Below, piece after piece: positions 10,038 to 20,653 of a stretch of 64,000 bases of DNA (its first letter is position 1; every line of letters starts with the position of its first letter). The translations under genes were made by a program, and so were the position numbers. Location: the NCBI GenBank assembly GCA_903844735.1, contig CAIMUX010000087.1:4738-68737 (forward strand), written 5' to 3'. Source of the DNA: Candidatus Eiseniibacteriota bacterium (GTDB lineage Bacteria; Eisenbacteria; RBG-16-71-46; CAIMUX01). The notes beneath the pieces were generated by a model. The model worked only from the letters and a program-made list of their open reading frames with translations, did no database searches and was not told where the DNA came from.

Positions 10038-10914
10038 GGAGATCCCCCAGTGGCCCGCCGGAGAGACGTTTGAAAGGCAGGCGATGTAGCATGAACCGGC
10101 AGACCAGCGTTCACTCCGGAGGCGACTCTAGTGAACGACAGGAGACCGCGCAACCGCGTTCGTCCATCCTCACGGGTTATCGTCGGCCGAAGAACCCTCC
10201 TTGCGCGGCCGAGGCGGGTCGCACCGCGGCCAGCTACCTCAGTCGCGAACCGAACGTCTCGCTTCAAGAGCCCCGAACCCCAGGGGCCACGCCTGCAAGG
10301 CAGACGGGTCGAGTCCGTCACCTCCGTACAGAAATTTCTACGACGAGGTCAACAGGCGCTGCAGGACATCATCCCCCGCCCTCCTGCAGGTGTGACCCGC
10401 TTCATGATAAAGGAATGACGCGGTCATTCCAGACCGGGGTGAGCGAGTCCCAAGCGATAGACGGCCGACACGAGCCAGGGCCCCTCTCTCCGACCGCCTT
10501 GGAGCGGGCCGAGCTGATGCTGGAGGAGCCCGCGCCGACGCGAGTTCGTGGAGACGTTCCGGAGACTGGTGCCAGGCACTGTCTTAACTCGCTGTGGCAC
10601 AATACAATCGGGGCCGGCGGGACTCGAACCTTTCTGGCAACAAATCCATGACCCGTTGCTGAGGCATGACTTCGTTGCCTAACCGGTTTACTGCCAAGGT
10701 GTTGCTGCCGTCGATCTTGTCCCCTGGAGTCCCGCTGAGTTGATCCCGCCCCTTCGCTCCCCACAATTCACGTTTCCGCATCCATGAGCCACACATCTGC
10801 CACATGTCTGGCGTACAAGTAGTTATGCCGGCGCCAAGGGGCGGACGGCCCGTAGCAACCAAGAACCATCGCACTCGGCCTGGAAAGGCCTGGTGCCGGA
10901 AACGAGGTGACCGG

Positions 10915-11619
10915 ATGAGCACCAAAGCTACCCTTTCCATCCTCTCCATCGCACTGTCTGCAGTTGTGTTTTCGGCTCCTCTCGCGACACCCTCCCCCGC
11001 CGCGGCCGTTTCGCCCCCCAATCTGTCGGGAACCTGGAAGCTCGATCGCGCACGCAGCGACGCGCCCCGGGGAGGCATGGGCCGTTCGCAGGGTTCGGAG
11101 GCACCCTTGGGAAAGGACCGTCCCGAGGGAAAACTCGAAGACGAAGGCCGGGGCGGGCGCCGTGGTGCAGACGGGCGCGGACCCCGCGGCGAGATGGGTC
11201 CCGGGAACGGGGGCCCGCCGGAGGGACGTCGCGGGCGAGGTCCGGGGCGCCTGCCGGAATCCGTGATCGTGGTCCAGACCGTCGGCGGCGTCGAGTTGCA
11301 AGATAGCACGGGCGTCGTTCTGCGACGCATCACCACCGCCGACTCGACCGGCAACGCGACTGGTACCTCGACCGGCGCGAGCCAGCCCGATCTCTCAGCG
11401 GACCCGAAAGATCCGTCCGTGATCGAAACGTCCCGCGGAATCTGGGAGGACCAGAGCCTGGTCGTCCGGTCACCCAGGCCTGATGGGCCCCAGGCCACCC
11501 AGACCTTCAGCCTGGCCGATGACGGGCAAACACTGAAAGTCACAACCCATGTCGAAGCCTCCGGCGATCGACCCGCAGTCGAGTTCACGCGCGTCTATCA
11601 CAGGACGAGCAGCAAATGA
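10915..11619 (+). CDS. Small secreted protein with Gly/Arg-rich low-complexity centre
   Basis: ATG at 10915 is preceded by GAGGTGA. Signal [29 protein letters not shown]. The central region is [35 protein letters not shown]. Its stop overlaps the start of the ABC ATPase gene. The annotated 10804 start adds a non-signal extension and is unlikely. Confidence 0.45.
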   Translation: MSTKATLSILSIALSAVVFSAPLATPSPAAAVSPPNLSGTWKLDRARSDAPRGGMGRSQGSEAPLGKDRPEGKLEDEGRGGRRGADGRGPRGEMGPGNGGPPEGRRGRGPGRLPESVIVVQTVGGVELQDSTGVVLRRITTADSTGNATGTSTGASQPDLSADPKDPSVIETSRGIWEDQSLVVRSPRPDGPQATQTFSLADDGQTLKVTTHVEASGDRPAVEFTRVYHRTSSK

Positions 11620-12380
11620 TCTCTCCCGTCGCCCAGACCGCCGCGCCGATCATGGAAGACATCATCATTCGGACGCAGGGACTGCGCCGCGAGTACTTCA
11701 TGGGCGGGGAGTGCGTCCGGGCGTTGCGCGGCCTCGATCTCGTCGTGCGACGAAACGAGTACGTCGCGATCATGGGGCCTTCGGGATCCGGAAAGTCGAC
11801 CCTCATGAACATCCTCGGGTGCCTCGACACACCCACCGCCGGCGACTACTGGTTGCACGGCACCCTGGTATCCGGGATGACGGACAAGGTTCTCGCCCGC
11901 ATCCGCAACCGGGAGATCGGGTTCGTCTTTCAGACCTTCAACCTGCTTTCGCGCGCCTCGGCGCTCAAGAACGTGGAGCTTCCGCTTCTTTATGCCGGCA
12001 TCGGCTCCGTGGATCGCAAGAAGCGGGCGATCGCCGCCCTCGAGCGCGTTCAGTTGGGCGACCGGATGCAGCATCGGCCCAACGAACTCTCCGGCGGCCA
12101 GCGGCAGCGCGTGGCCATCGCACGGGCCCTGGTGACCCGTCCGTCACTCCTCCTCGCCGATGAGCCGACCGGAAATCTCGACAGCAAGACAGGAGAGGAA
12201 GTTCTCGCCCTTTTCGAGCGACTGCGGGAGGAGGGGCAAACCATCATCGTGGTGACGCACGACTCGGATATCGCCGCGCACACGCACCGGCGGATCCTGC
12301 TCCGTGACGGGGAGATCGCCTCGGATGATCGGACCGGGCCCACCGCGGCGGCGGTGATTTCCAGCGGGAGGGAAAGATGA
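11616..12380 (+). CDS. ABC transporter ATP-binding protein (MacB/LolD/DevA family)
   Basis: Walker [11 protein letters not shown]-loop, ABC signature [15 protein letters not shown], Walker [14 protein letters not shown]-loop VVTHD. The start could be the internal Met ([11 protein letters not shown], 11652). Confidence 0.85.
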   Translation: MISPVAQTAAPIMEDIIIRTQGLRREYFMGGECVRALRGLDLVVRRNEYVAIMGPSGSGKSTLMNILGCLDTPTAGDYWLHGTLVSGMTDKVLARIRNREIGFVFQTFNLLSRASALKNVELPLLYAGIGSVDRKKRAIAALERVQLGDRMQHRPNELSGGQRQRVAIARALVTRPSLLLADEPTGNLDSKTGEEVLALFERLREEGQTIIVVTHDSDIAAHTHRRILLRDGEIASDDRTGPTAAAVISSGRER

Positions 12381-13732
12381 GGTGCTCGGTGTTGTTTCTG
12401 GTGACGATGCTGTCAGCGGCGACCGCAACCGGAACCCCGCGAGCGTTTGCGGATCCGTCCGCCGGCGATACTCGAAGACCTGACGCAACGGCGCCGGCGC
12501 CCGGCACTCATGCTTCGGACGCCGGCGTGACTGTAGGCTCGTCGAGCGTGATCGACCCGGTCCCCCGCCCGATCACGCTGGAGGAAGCTGTGTCGATGGC
12601 GCGGCAAAACGCTGTGGCGGTCATCAAGGCCGCCGGGCAGAAGCAAACCAGCGACGCGGAGGTCCGCTCGGCCTACGCCGCTTTCTTACCGAGTGTCAGC
12701 CTCTCGGCGGGAACGCGTCAGTCGACCAGTGTGGCCGTCGGTTCGATCACGCTGTTCGAAGGGGGTCGGCGGATCTTCGAGCTGCAGCAGGCCCGGACGC
12801 GGCAGGCCTCGGCCGTGATCGACGGAACGACCCAAGCGTTTGTCGCAACCCTGGCGGCCAAGCAGCAGTTCTTCAACGTGCTGCAGGCGCGAGAGACCGA
12901 GATGGCGGCCAAGGCCCAGCTCGCTCAGGCCGAACAGCAGGGCCGCGTCGCCAATGCGAGGGTTCGGGCCAGAACGGCGACCCGTTCCGACTCCCTGCGG
13001 GCCGAGATCCAGGTACGCAGCGCCCGAATTGCGGTACAGAACGCGCGCGATGCAGCGAGCATGGCCGGCTCAGCGCTGACGCGCATCGTCGGTTCGCCGG
13101 ACCCGGTGACCGCCACAGAGGGTGACTCGCTCGGGTCTGCCGGCCTGGCGGTTACGGACGAGTCGCTTCGCGTCTTGGCCGAGAGTGGCCCGGATGTTCG
13201 CCAGGCGGAACAGGCGTTGTCGGCAGCCCAGACCGCGCGGCGCAGCGCGTGGGTCGGATACCTCCCGTCGGTGACCGCCTCCTACTCGCGTGGCACAGGC
13301 GGTGGGAGTGGGATCGCCTGGCAGGACGGAAGCGGTTTCTCCCCCACGGGTTCGATGCGGCTGTCGCTTTCGCTTCCCCTCTTCAATCAACTCCAACGGG
13401 AGGGACAGATCACGCAGGCGGAGGTCGCGGTCCACAACGCCGAAGCATCCCTGCGCGACGCGCGCCTGTCGGCCCGGGAGGTGATCTTCCAGTTGCTGGT
13501 CGCCTTCCGGTCGGCGCAGGACCGCGCCGCCTCGCAGGAACTCAATGTCGAAACCGCCGTGGAGGATCTCCGCGTGCAACAACTGCGCTACGCCGAAGGC
13601 GCGTCAACACTGCTCGATCTGCTCACCTCGCAGACCCAACTGGACCAGGCGCGCCGCGACTTGATCCAGGCCCGCTACGACCGGCGGGTGGTCAAGGCAC
13701 AGATCGAGGCGCTGGTGGGACGAGATCTCTAA
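12377..13732 (+). CDS. TolC-like outer membrane efflux protein (OEP family)
   Basis: 451 aa with signal [19 protein letters not shown]. Two coiled-coil/beta repeat halves typical of outer membrane factors ([15 protein letters not shown]..., [35 protein letters not shown]). 4-nt overlaps with both neighbours. Confidence 0.7.
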   Translation: MRCSVLFLVTMLSAATATGTPRAFADPSAGDTRRPDATAPAPGTHASDAGVTVGSSSVIDPVPRPITLEEAVSMARQNAVAVIKAAGQKQTSDAEVRSAYAAFLPSVSLSAGTRQSTSVAVGSITLFEGGRRIFELQQARTRQASAVIDGTTQAFVATLAAKQQFFNVLQARETEMAAKAQLAQAEQQGRVANARVRARTATRSDSLRAEIQVRSARIAVQNARDAASMAGSALTRIVGSPDPVTATEGDSLGSAGLAVTDESLRVLAESGPDVRQAEQALSAAQTARRSAWVGYLPSVTASYSRGTGGGSGIAWQDGSGFSPTGSMRLSLSLPLFNQLQREGQITQAEVAVHNAEASLRDARLSAREVIFQLLVAFRSAQDRAASQELNVETAVEDLRVQQLRYAEGASTLLDLLTSQTQLDQARRDLIQARYDRRVVKAQIEALVGRDL

Positions 13733-13743
13733 TGGAGGATGTG

Positions 13744-15201
13744 ATGCGACATAACAGCAAACGGCGACACCTGGTGCTATTCCTGGCCGGCCTCACGGTC
13801 GTGCCGGTCACGATCACTCTGGGGTGTGGCCTTCTGAAGCGCGGCGGGAAACAGCCCTCCGTCACCACGGAAGCCGCGGCCCGGCGTGACATCGCCGTGA
13901 CGATCGAGGCGACCGGCGTCGTCGAACCGGTGGACCTTGTGGAGGTGAAGTCCAAGGCATCGGGGCAGATTCTGCGGATGCCGGTGGAAGTCGGCTCCAG
14001 GGTGCGCGTCGGCGACCTGCTCGCGCAGATCGACACGGTGGACGTGCAGAACCAGTATGAACAGGCCTTCGCCGCCGAACGGGCTGCTCGGGCGAAGGTG
14101 GATGTCTCAGCCGCGCAGTTGAAACGGGCCGAGGAGTTGTTCGCCCAGCAGGTGATCACGGTGGTGGAGCACGAGAGTTCGACCCTGGACTACGCCAACG
14201 CGGAGTCGCAGCTCGTGAAAGCCCGCACCGATTTCGACACGGCGCGGCAGCGCCGGGCGGACGCCACCGTGCGGGCGCCCGTTGCGGGGACAGTCCTCCA
14301 ACAGCTCGTCTCGGCCGGACAGGTCATCGTTTCGGCCACCTCCTCGGTGAGCGGTGGCACGGCCCTGTTGCGCATGGCCGACTTGGCGCGGATCCGCCTG
14401 CGCGCTCTCGTCAGCGAGACCGACATCGGAAGCGTCAAGCCGGGCCAGGTCGCCACCGTCTCGATGGAAGCGTTCCCCCAGAGGTCGTTCCAAGGCACGG
14501 TCGAGAAGGTCGAGCCGCAGGCCGTGGTGCAGCAATCGGTCACCATGTTTCCGGTGCTCATCTCCATCACGAACGAGGATGGACTCCTCCTGCCCGGCAT
14601 GAACGGCGAGGTTTCGATGCAGGTCGATCATCGCGACAACGTTCTCGCCGTTCCTCTCGATGCGGTGCGCACGGTGCGCGAACTGCCTTCCGTCGCGGCG
14701 GCCCTCGGCATGAACGCCGACTCGGTGCAGGCGCAGTTGACGCGGCGTGTCGGAAGTCGCCGGATTCGGCCGCCTGGAACACCGGGAGATGCGGACTCGA
14801 CCCGCCGGCATGGCCCCGAAGGGTGGGGCGGCCGGAGTCGCGGCGCGGGCATGAACTCTCCGCCCAACGGTGGCCCCCCCACGGGTGCCGGCGGGACAGT
14901 GTCCGGGAACGGATCCCGCGGTGCTTCCGTTGAGGGCGCGAGCCGCGCTCAAGCGATCCTGATCAAGACGGCAAAGGGAATCGAGCCGCGGCTGGTCCGG
15001 CTCGGGCTCAGCGACTTTGATTATGCGGAGGTTCTGGGCGGCCTCGACGAAGGAGACCAGGTGGTGCTCCTGGGAGTCGTCGAGCAACAGACCAAGCGAA
15101 CGGATGAACAGAGCCAGATCCGGCAGCGCTTGAGCGGCGGTACGCCCGGCGCGCTGCCGGGCTCCGGCGGCGGCGGCCGGCCCTCCGGAGGAGGGCACTG
15201 A
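13744..15201 (+). CDS. Efflux membrane-fusion (periplasmic adaptor, HlyD/MacA family) protein with Gly-rich C-terminal tail
   Basis: GGAGGA RBS then ATG at 13744 (MRHNSKRRHLVLFLAGLTVVPVTI...), followed by a biotinyl/lipoyl-like and beta-barrel region (VTIEATGVVEPVDLVEVKSKASGQILRMPVEVGSRVRVGDLLAQID). The long six-frame ORF from 13249 is rejected because it overlaps the TolC-like gene. Confidence 0.75.
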   Translation: MRHNSKRRHLVLFLAGLTVVPVTITLGCGLLKRGGKQPSVTTEAAARRDIAVTIEATGVVEPVDLVEVKSKASGQILRMPVEVGSRVRVGDLLAQIDTVDVQNQYEQAFAAERAARAKVDVSAAQLKRAEELFAQQVITVVEHESSTLDYANAESQLVKARTDFDTARQRRADATVRAPVAGTVLQQLVSAGQVIVSATSSVSGGTALLRMADLARIRLRALVSETDIGSVKPGQVATVSMEAFPQRSFQGTVEKVEPQAVVQQSVTMFPVLISITNEDGLLLPGMNGEVSMQVDHRDNVLAVPLDAVRTVRELPSVAAALGMNADSVQAQLTRRVGSRRIRPPGTPGDADSTRRHGPEGWGGRSRGAGMNSPPNGGPPTGAGGTVSGNGSRGASVEGASRAQAILIKTAKGIEPRLVRLGLSDFDYAEVLGGLDEGDQVVLLGVVEQQTKRTDEQSQIRQRLSGGTPGALPGSGGGGRPSGGGH

Positions 15202-15202
15202 C

Positions 15203-16426
15203 ATGATGCTCGGCGAAACCATGACCGTCGCTGTCGAGGCACTGCGCTCGAACAAGCTCCGCTCGCTCCTCACGATGCTGGGGATCGTCATCGGCGTCGC
15301 CGCGGTCATCGCCATGGTCGCACTGGGACGCGGCGCTCAGCAGTCGGTGAATCAGCGGATCGCCTCGCTCGGCACCACCCTCCTGACGGTCGTGCCCGGC
15401 CAGGCCCGCGGACCGGGCATGATCGCTTCCGGGTCGGATCGGGCCGCGTTGACGCTCGACGACGCGGTTGCCCTCGAAGACCGGTCCACGCACATTCTCG
15501 CCGTGCAACCGGAGATGTCGCGCCAGCTCCAGGTGCAGTACGAGAGCAAGAACACCAACACGACAATCGTCGGAACCACCGCCAACTACCTCGCGGTGCG
15601 AAAGTTCGCCATGGCGTCCGGCCGGATGTTCACCACAGGCGAAGACACCGCCCGGCGGCGGGTCGCCGTGCTCGGCTCCCAGGTGGTGCTCGACCTGGGC
15701 GTTTCGCCGGCATCCCTGCTGGTGGGCCAGGAAATCCGGATCGGCGGGATCCGGTTCGAGGTCGTCGGTCTGCTGGCATCGAAAGGACAAGGCGGCGGAT
15801 TCCAGAATCCCGACGATCAGGTGCTCATCCCGATCCAGACCGCCCGCTATCGCCTGATCGGCGCCGATCGCCTGCGATCAATCAGCGTCCTGAGTCCGTC
15901 CGAGACCGAGATCCCGGCCACCATGGCCGAGATCGAAAAGATCCTTCGTCGCGAACACCGCCGGACCACCGGCCAGGTCAATGATTTCTCGATCCGCAAC
16001 CAGGCCGACTTCCTTGCGACCCTGGGCGAAACGACCAAGGTGTTCACCTACCTCCTGGCCGGGATCGCCGCCGTGAGCCTGCTCGTCGGCGGCATCGGGA
16101 TCATGAACATCATGCTGGTCTCCGTGACGGAGCGAACACGGGAAATCGGGGTGCGCAAGGCGCTCGGCGCGACGCAGGGCAACATCCTCCTGCAGTTTTT
16201 GATCGAAGCGATGGTCCTATGTCTGCTGGGCGGTGTGATCGGCATCGGCGTCGGAACCGGGGCGGCGACCATCCTGCGGATTGCGTTCAAGTGGAACACC
16301 TCCGTCGGTCCCTCGTCGGTGCTGGCGGCGTTTGGGTTTGCGGCCGTCGTGGGGATTCTCTTCGGGGTGTGGCCGGCGCGGAGAGCGGCGGCGCTCGATC
16401 CGATTGAGGCGTTGCGGTATGAATAG
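15203..16426 (+). CDS. ABC transporter permease (MacB_PCD + FtsX domain)
   Basis: 407 aa starting MMLGETMTVAVEALRSNKLRSLLTMLGIVIGVAAVIAMVALG. It has a large periplasmic domain and a C-terminal FtsX-like 3-TM bundle (REIGVRKALGATQGNILLQFLIEAMVL...). Confidence 0.85.
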   Translation: MMLGETMTVAVEALRSNKLRSLLTMLGIVIGVAAVIAMVALGRGAQQSVNQRIASLGTTLLTVVPGQARGPGMIASGSDRAALTLDDAVALEDRSTHILAVQPEMSRQLQVQYESKNTNTTIVGTTANYLAVRKFAMASGRMFTTGEDTARRRVAVLGSQVVLDLGVSPASLLVGQEIRIGGIRFEVVGLLASKGQGGGFQNPDDQVLIPIQTARYRLIGADRLRSISVLSPSETEIPATMAEIEKILRREHRRTTGQVNDFSIRNQADFLATLGETTKVFTYLLAGIAAVSLLVGGIGIMNIMLVSVTERTREIGVRKALGATQGNILLQFLIEAMVLCLLGGVIGIGVGTGAATILRIAFKWNTSVGPSSVLAAFGFAAVVGILFGVWPARRAAALDPIEALRYE

Positions 16427-16821
16427 ACAGAGGTTGTGGCGAAGACCGGTACCATCGCGCCTGATTCTCGACTACCCGAACGCCGGCAACATCGACGAGG
16501 CGGTTGCCTGTCGGAGGATCACGGAGGCGAAGGTCGCCGGCCTGCGCGCGGCCCTCGAGGCCGGGAGATGTCCTCCCTCGAACACCGCACTCGGAGGCGA
16601 CATTCTCATCCACGGACAGAACCCGAAGGTGACCGCGCAGCTCAGGATGGAGCGACGGGGCCGGCGGCGGCGCGCCGGGTCTGGAACCCGGCGACATGGC
16701 TCCGGCGACGCTGAAGCAGTTCTACAACTGGACGCTCGGCTGCATCGGGATGACCAACCCGGACATCCGGGATCTTTATCAGTACATTCTCGACGGGACT
16801 CCGGTGCAGATCGCGCCGTGA
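16419..16821 (+). pseudogene. Truncated and frameshifted YafK-type L,D-transpeptidase (YkuD_2) remnant
   Basis: Frame 0 from ATG 16419: LILDYPNAGNIDEAV...GGDILIHGQNP (compare E. coli YafK INIGFPNAYDRAHG...LMIHGDCVS). The catalytic-Cys motif TLGCIGMTNPDIRDLYQYILDGTPVQIAP (compare YafK IGCYAMTNQGIDEIFQFV) lies in frame +1 and ends at TGA 16819-16821. A roughly 103-nt GC-rich insertion (16629-16731) separates the His and Cys motifs, and the N-terminal roughly 100 aa of the family is absent. Confidence 0.45.
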
Positions 16822-16888
16822 GGCGCGCGCGGCTTCGCCGTCCTTTGTGGCGACGCATCCCCGACTCCGAGTCCGTCGCGCTCCCGCC

Positions 16889-19546
16889 TCAGATCTCGAA
16901 GTGGTGCGAGACCTTCACCATTACGATGTTGTTCGCCGGCGTCCGGCCCAGCGCGGACAGTGACGGCCGCAGGCTGAAGTCGCCGTCGCCCGTGAGACCC
17001 GTGCGGTCTTGCGTCCACACCACGTAGAGCGCCGAGCCCGGTGCGTACTCCCAGCGCAACACCGCGTCACCGCGCACCGTGCGGTACGTAAAATCCGGGT
17101 GTCCCAGGTCGATCGACGGCGCGGGACCCGCACCGTCCGGGTCGGCGATCACGTCCGCGTCGCCCGAGCCACCCGAAATCGTAGAGCCGCCGTCGCGCCC
17201 GTACGCGAGGAAATCGTACGCGCTCGCGCGGGCCAGTTCGCGGAACTCCGCGTAGCGCCCGGAAGACACGAGCGGCTGCACGTACAGTTGCACGGTCAGG
17301 TGCGACGTGAGCGAGCAGTCCAGACGCGCCGTGGCACCCATGGTGGTCTGCTTCAGTCGGGCAAACACATAGCGGCCGCCGTCGGTGGCCACGGCGAGCG
17401 GATCATCCGCCCGGGTCACGTACTGCGCGTCCTGGCGATTGAAGTCGAACGACGGCCCCGCCGAGAACGACAGGTTCGATGATGGCTTCCATGTCACCGC
17501 GGGATTGATCGGAATGTCCAGCGAGCCCACAACGTCCCCGCTCGGGTTCACCTCCGCGGAAGGGAATAGCCTGGACTGGCCGTTCGTGTCCCAGTACAGG
17601 TCGCCCCACCACGCGCGCGGCTGGAGCATCGCCGGCCCGCCGCGGGTCATGCGATCGCTGTAGGCGCGACCCATCCACCCACCGGAGGCCTGCCAGCTCC
17701 ACGCGTTGACCTGCTCAAGGCTCGACTTGAGGAACAACTGGTTCATCGTGTGCAGGCCGCCGAAATCCCAGCTCTGCGCCACCGCGCCGATCACCCACCA
17801 GTAGTTGCGCCACGCCTTGGGCTTGTCCCACATGTACCCGAAACCGACGTGGCCGTTGATGACGTCCGAGCGCGAGCCGAAGCCCAAGTCGTTGACATCA
17901 TAGCCGGGCGTGAGGAAGCCGACCGCGGAGTTGCTCATCCACGGCCCTTTCTGCCGGTTCACCCACACGCGAGCGCCCACGCCGGTGAGCGCGGTCGCGT
18001 TCGCGTCCACGCCGAGGTCGCCCCGCTCCGGGCGCTGGTAGTAGTGCTGCGGGCTGCGCTCAAGCGCCGCAATGCGCGCGGCGGTCCCATCGACGCGGGT
18101 GGCCGAGACGTGGCCGGAAAGCACCCAGGTCTTCTGCGGATCGAGGGCGGTCCAGCCGTCGACCGCCGTCACGAAACCGTTGCGGTTGAGCTGGTCCGGG
18201 AGCGATGTGCCCTCCAGCGCTCGCGCGGTCTCCATGGCCATGATCCCCAGCCCCTGCCGCTCGCCGTGGAACGAACACATGCCCCGCAGCACGCCGTAGT
18301 ACGTGAGCGGCTCAACGGTCGCCGAGTGCCGGCTGCCGTCCCCGAGCTGGTAGTCCGCCGCTTCCTCGCGCGTGATCGCGTGCAGCATGCCGACGTTCCA
18401 CCGGGGCGCGGGCTGCCCGGTGAGCTTGACCGCGCCAAGAATGTGCGTCGCGACGGGCATGTCGGCGTACACGGCGCCGCCGGGTACGCCGCCCTGCGGC
18501 GTGCGGCCGATGCGCCGCGTGTAGAAGAACGTCGGTTCGGGCCAGTCGAAGTTCCAGTAGTCGCTCGCACCGTTGTTCCCGCAGCGGAACACCGGCAGCC
18601 CATCGGTGAAGAACGGGCGCTTCTCGCCGTAGTAGGTCTCGACGTCGGACAGGTTCACGACTGCAGGATCGATCTCGACCTGTCCGAAGTCCGGATTGAG
18701 GGTGGCATTGAGCGTGAGGCGCGAACCGACGTTGGTGCGCAGGTCGCCGCCGATCGCGGGCGTGTAGTGGCCGCCGGCGCGGAACGGATCGCCGGGAGTG
18801 TGCACGAGGTAGGACGCCTTGCCCGTGGCGTACGGCGTCACCTCGACGACGTGCGAGGTCCTCACTCCATCAAGGCCGACGAGGTCGGGGAACCGCGACA
18901 CATAGCCGCTCTGGCCGCGCGGCGTGTAGACGATCTTGTCGTCCTCGCGCGTGCGGGAGATGGTGCGCGCGAAGTTGACGCCCCAGACCATGTGCTCGCC
19001 GCCGCGGCAGCGGATCTGTGAGAACGGGAAGCGCATTTCGGCGGTCCAGCCCAGCGAGTCGCGCTGCACACGGCCGTTCCACACGCCGTCCCACGAGTCG
19101 TCGCCCCAGTCATCGTTCATGAGCGTGCCGTCGAGCTGCGTCCCCGCCGCGGTCAGGGTGAGGTAGTAGGCCGTGCGGCGATCGCGGAACGTGTCGAAGG
19201 CGACGGCGAACGCGTCCGAGCCACCGTCGCTGTCGCGCCGCGAGAGTCTCGCCACGATCGAATCGGGGTGCGTGTCCCACATGCGCGCGCCAACGTAGAC
19301 CGCGTCGTCGTCGTATGCGATGCGCACCTCGGTGCGCTGCGAGGGCTCGCTGCCCTGGTGCGGGTCGTTCTGGCGGAACGCCATGACGGCGTCGGCCGAC
19401 CTCCACACCGGCTCGTCGAGGATGCCGTCGACGACGATCGGGCCGGTCCGGCGTACCGCACGCACGGGCTGCGGGCGCGAGGCATCCGTCGCGTACGCGA
19501 GGGCCGCGGCGGACAGCACAAACGAAAGGGCGAGTATCCAGCGCAT
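16889..19546 (-). CDS. CBM9-like/DUF5916-family secreted protein (putative outer-membrane-associated)
   Basis: Internal Met gives signal MRWILALSFVLSAAALAYA (ATG ending 19546). The N-terminal region VVDGILDEPVWRSADAVMAFRQNDPHQGSEPSQRTEVRIAYDDDAVYVGARMWD resembles the carbohydrate-binding family 9-like fold. The long beta-rich remainder ends in aromatic residues (HHFEI). Confidence 0.5.
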   Translation of the reverse strand: MRWILALSFVLSAAALAYATDASRPQPVRAVRRTGPIVVDGILDEPVWRSADAVMAFRQNDPHQGSEPSQRTEVRIAYDDDAVYVGARMWDTHPDSIVARLSRRDSDGGSDAFAVAFDTFRDRRTAYYLTLTAAGTQLDGTLMNDDWGDDSWDGVWNGRVQRDSLGWTAEMRFPFSQIRCRGGEHMVWGVNFARTISRTREDDKIVYTPRGQSGYVSRFPDLVGLDGVRTSHVVEVTPYATGKASYLVHTPGDPFRAGGHYTPAIGGDLRTNVGSRLTLNATLNPDFGQVEIDPAVVNLSDVETYYGEKRPFFTDGLPVFRCGNNGASDYWNFDWPEPTFFYTRRIGRTPQGGVPGGAVYADMPVATHILGAVKLTGQPAPRWNVGMLHAITREEAADYQLGDGSRHSATVEPLTYYGVLRGMCSFHGERQGLGIMAMETARALEGTSLPDQLNRNGFVTAVDGWTALDPQKTWVLSGHVSATRVDGTAARIAALERSPQHYYQRPERGDLGVDANATALTGVGARVWVNRQKGPWMSNSAVGFLTPGYDVNDLGFGSRSDVINGHVGFGYMWDKPKAWRNYWWVIGAVAQSWDFGGLHTMNQLFLKSSLEQVNAWSWQASGGWMGRAYSDRMTRGGPAMLQPRAWWGDLYWDTNGQSRLFPSAEVNPSGDVVGSLDIPINPAVTWKPSSNLSFSAGPSFDFNRQDAQYVTRADDPLAVATDGGRYVFARLKQTTMGATARLDCSLTSHLTVQLYVQPLVSSGRYAEFRELARASAYDFLAYGRDGGSTISGGSGDADVIADPDGAGPAPSIDLGHPDFTYRTVRGDAVLRWEYAPGSALYVVWTQDRTGLTGDGDFSLRPSLSALGRTPANNIVMVKVSHHFEI

Positions 19547-19837
19547 GCGACGGCTCCATTCGCTTCCGGTCGGCGTACCTGAGACGGGGCGCGCGGACGG
19601 CATCCCGCACCTACGGGCCTGACTCTTGAAGCGTACCGGAAAAGTGCCGGGCTGCGCCAGGAAGGTGCACGCCGCTTGCCGGGCTTCTTCGGCAACTCGG
19701 TTTCTGCTAGACTCCGCACCTGGGCTGGACGAGGAAACGAGAGCCTGCGTCCGTGGCCCTACGTAGCGATTCAGGCGGAAGTCGTGGGAGACTTGCGACT
19801 CTCGGCGAAGTCCCGGTTGCCCGAAGGGAGCGAGGAC

Positions 19838-20653
19838 ATGGGAGACATCGATCCGACCGTCCAGTATCACATTCACCTGAAGAAGGGCGACGTCGGCTGG
19901 TACGTTATCCTACCGGGTGACCCGGGACGAGTGCCGCAAATCGCGGCATTCTTCGATTCGGCGCACGAGGTCGCGTTCAATCGCGAGTTCCGCACGTACT
20001 CGGGCACCGTCGACGGCATCAAGGTCTCCTGCACCTCCACGGGTATCGGCTGCCCTTCAACGGCCATCGCGATCGAGGAACTGATCAAGGTCGGCGCCGA
20101 CACTTTCATCCGGGTCGGGACAGCAGGATCGCTGCAAGACGAGGTCGGGCTCGGGGATCTCTGCATCACGACCGGGGCCGTACGGGAGGAGGGCACGACG
20201 CGGCAGTACGTGCCTCTCAGCTACCCCGCGGTGGCGGACGTCGACGTGGTTTGCGCGCTGAGGGACGCCGCGCGTGGGCTCGGGTTCAAGCACCACACGG
20301 GCATTTCCCACTGCAAGGACGCATTCTTCATCGAGGGAGACTGCGATATCCCGATCGAGGACGAGAACCGATCGATGTGGAAGGCTTGGCGCCGGTCCAA
20401 TGTGCTCTCGACGGCCATGGAGTCGGCGGCGCTTTTTGTGGTGTCGTCGATCAGGTCCGTCCGCGCGGGCGAGATTCTCGCCGTCATCGGTCTCACGTTC
20501 GAGGACCGCCCGATTGTCGGCAAGATGGGTATCGATGACGCCATCAAGACAGCCATCGAGGCGATCAAGATCCTCGATCGATCCGATAGGATGCAATCGG
20601 GCCTCGGCCATCGTCCCCCACCGCCAAGCCCTAAGGAGGAACACCGACCGTGA
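19838..20653 (+). CDS. udp: Uridine phosphorylase (PNP/UDP family 1)
   Basis: ATG 19838 after GGGAGCGAGGAC. Clear similarity to E. coli Udp: AIVPGDPDRV, REFTTW, CSTGIGGPSTSIAVEEL...TFLRIGTTGA and FPAVADFE are matched here by ILPGDPGRV, REFRTY, CTSTGIGCPSTAIAIEEL...TFIRVGTAGS and YPAVADVD. The 19676 ORF start is an unsupported extension. Confidence 0.8.
   Translation: MGDIDPTVQYHIHLKKGDVGWYVILPGDPGRVPQIAAFFDSAHEVAFNREFRTYSGTVDGIKVSCTSTGIGCPSTAIAIEELIKVGADTFIRVGTAGSLQDEVGLGDLCITTGAVREEGTTRQYVPLSYPAVADVDVVCALRDAARGLGFKHHTGISHCKDAFFIEGDCDIPIEDENRSMWKAWRRSNVLSTAMESAALFVVSSIRSVRAGEILAVIGLTFEDRPIVGKMGIDDAIKTAIEAIKILDRSDRMQSGLGHRPPPPSPKEEHRP

Noticed and set aside
10598-10690. Possible minus-strand tRNA or tmRNA 3' end suggested by the GGTTCGAGTCCC T-loop-like string
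   Set aside because: Flanking sequence cannot form a T-stem or acceptor stem (no complementarity), and no D or anticodon arms can be drawn. Likely a chance match.
13249-15201. 650-aa six-frame ORF as the membrane-fusion gene
   Set aside because: Its first 165 codons overlap the TolC-like gene in another frame and look like frame-shadow sequence. The RBS-supported ATG at 13744 with a TM helix is the real start.
16281-17027. 248-aa ORF as a single gene
   Set aside because: It overlaps the permease end and contains only the His half of a YafK-like domain. The Cys half is in another frame, so the region is treated as a frameshifted remnant (16419-16821).
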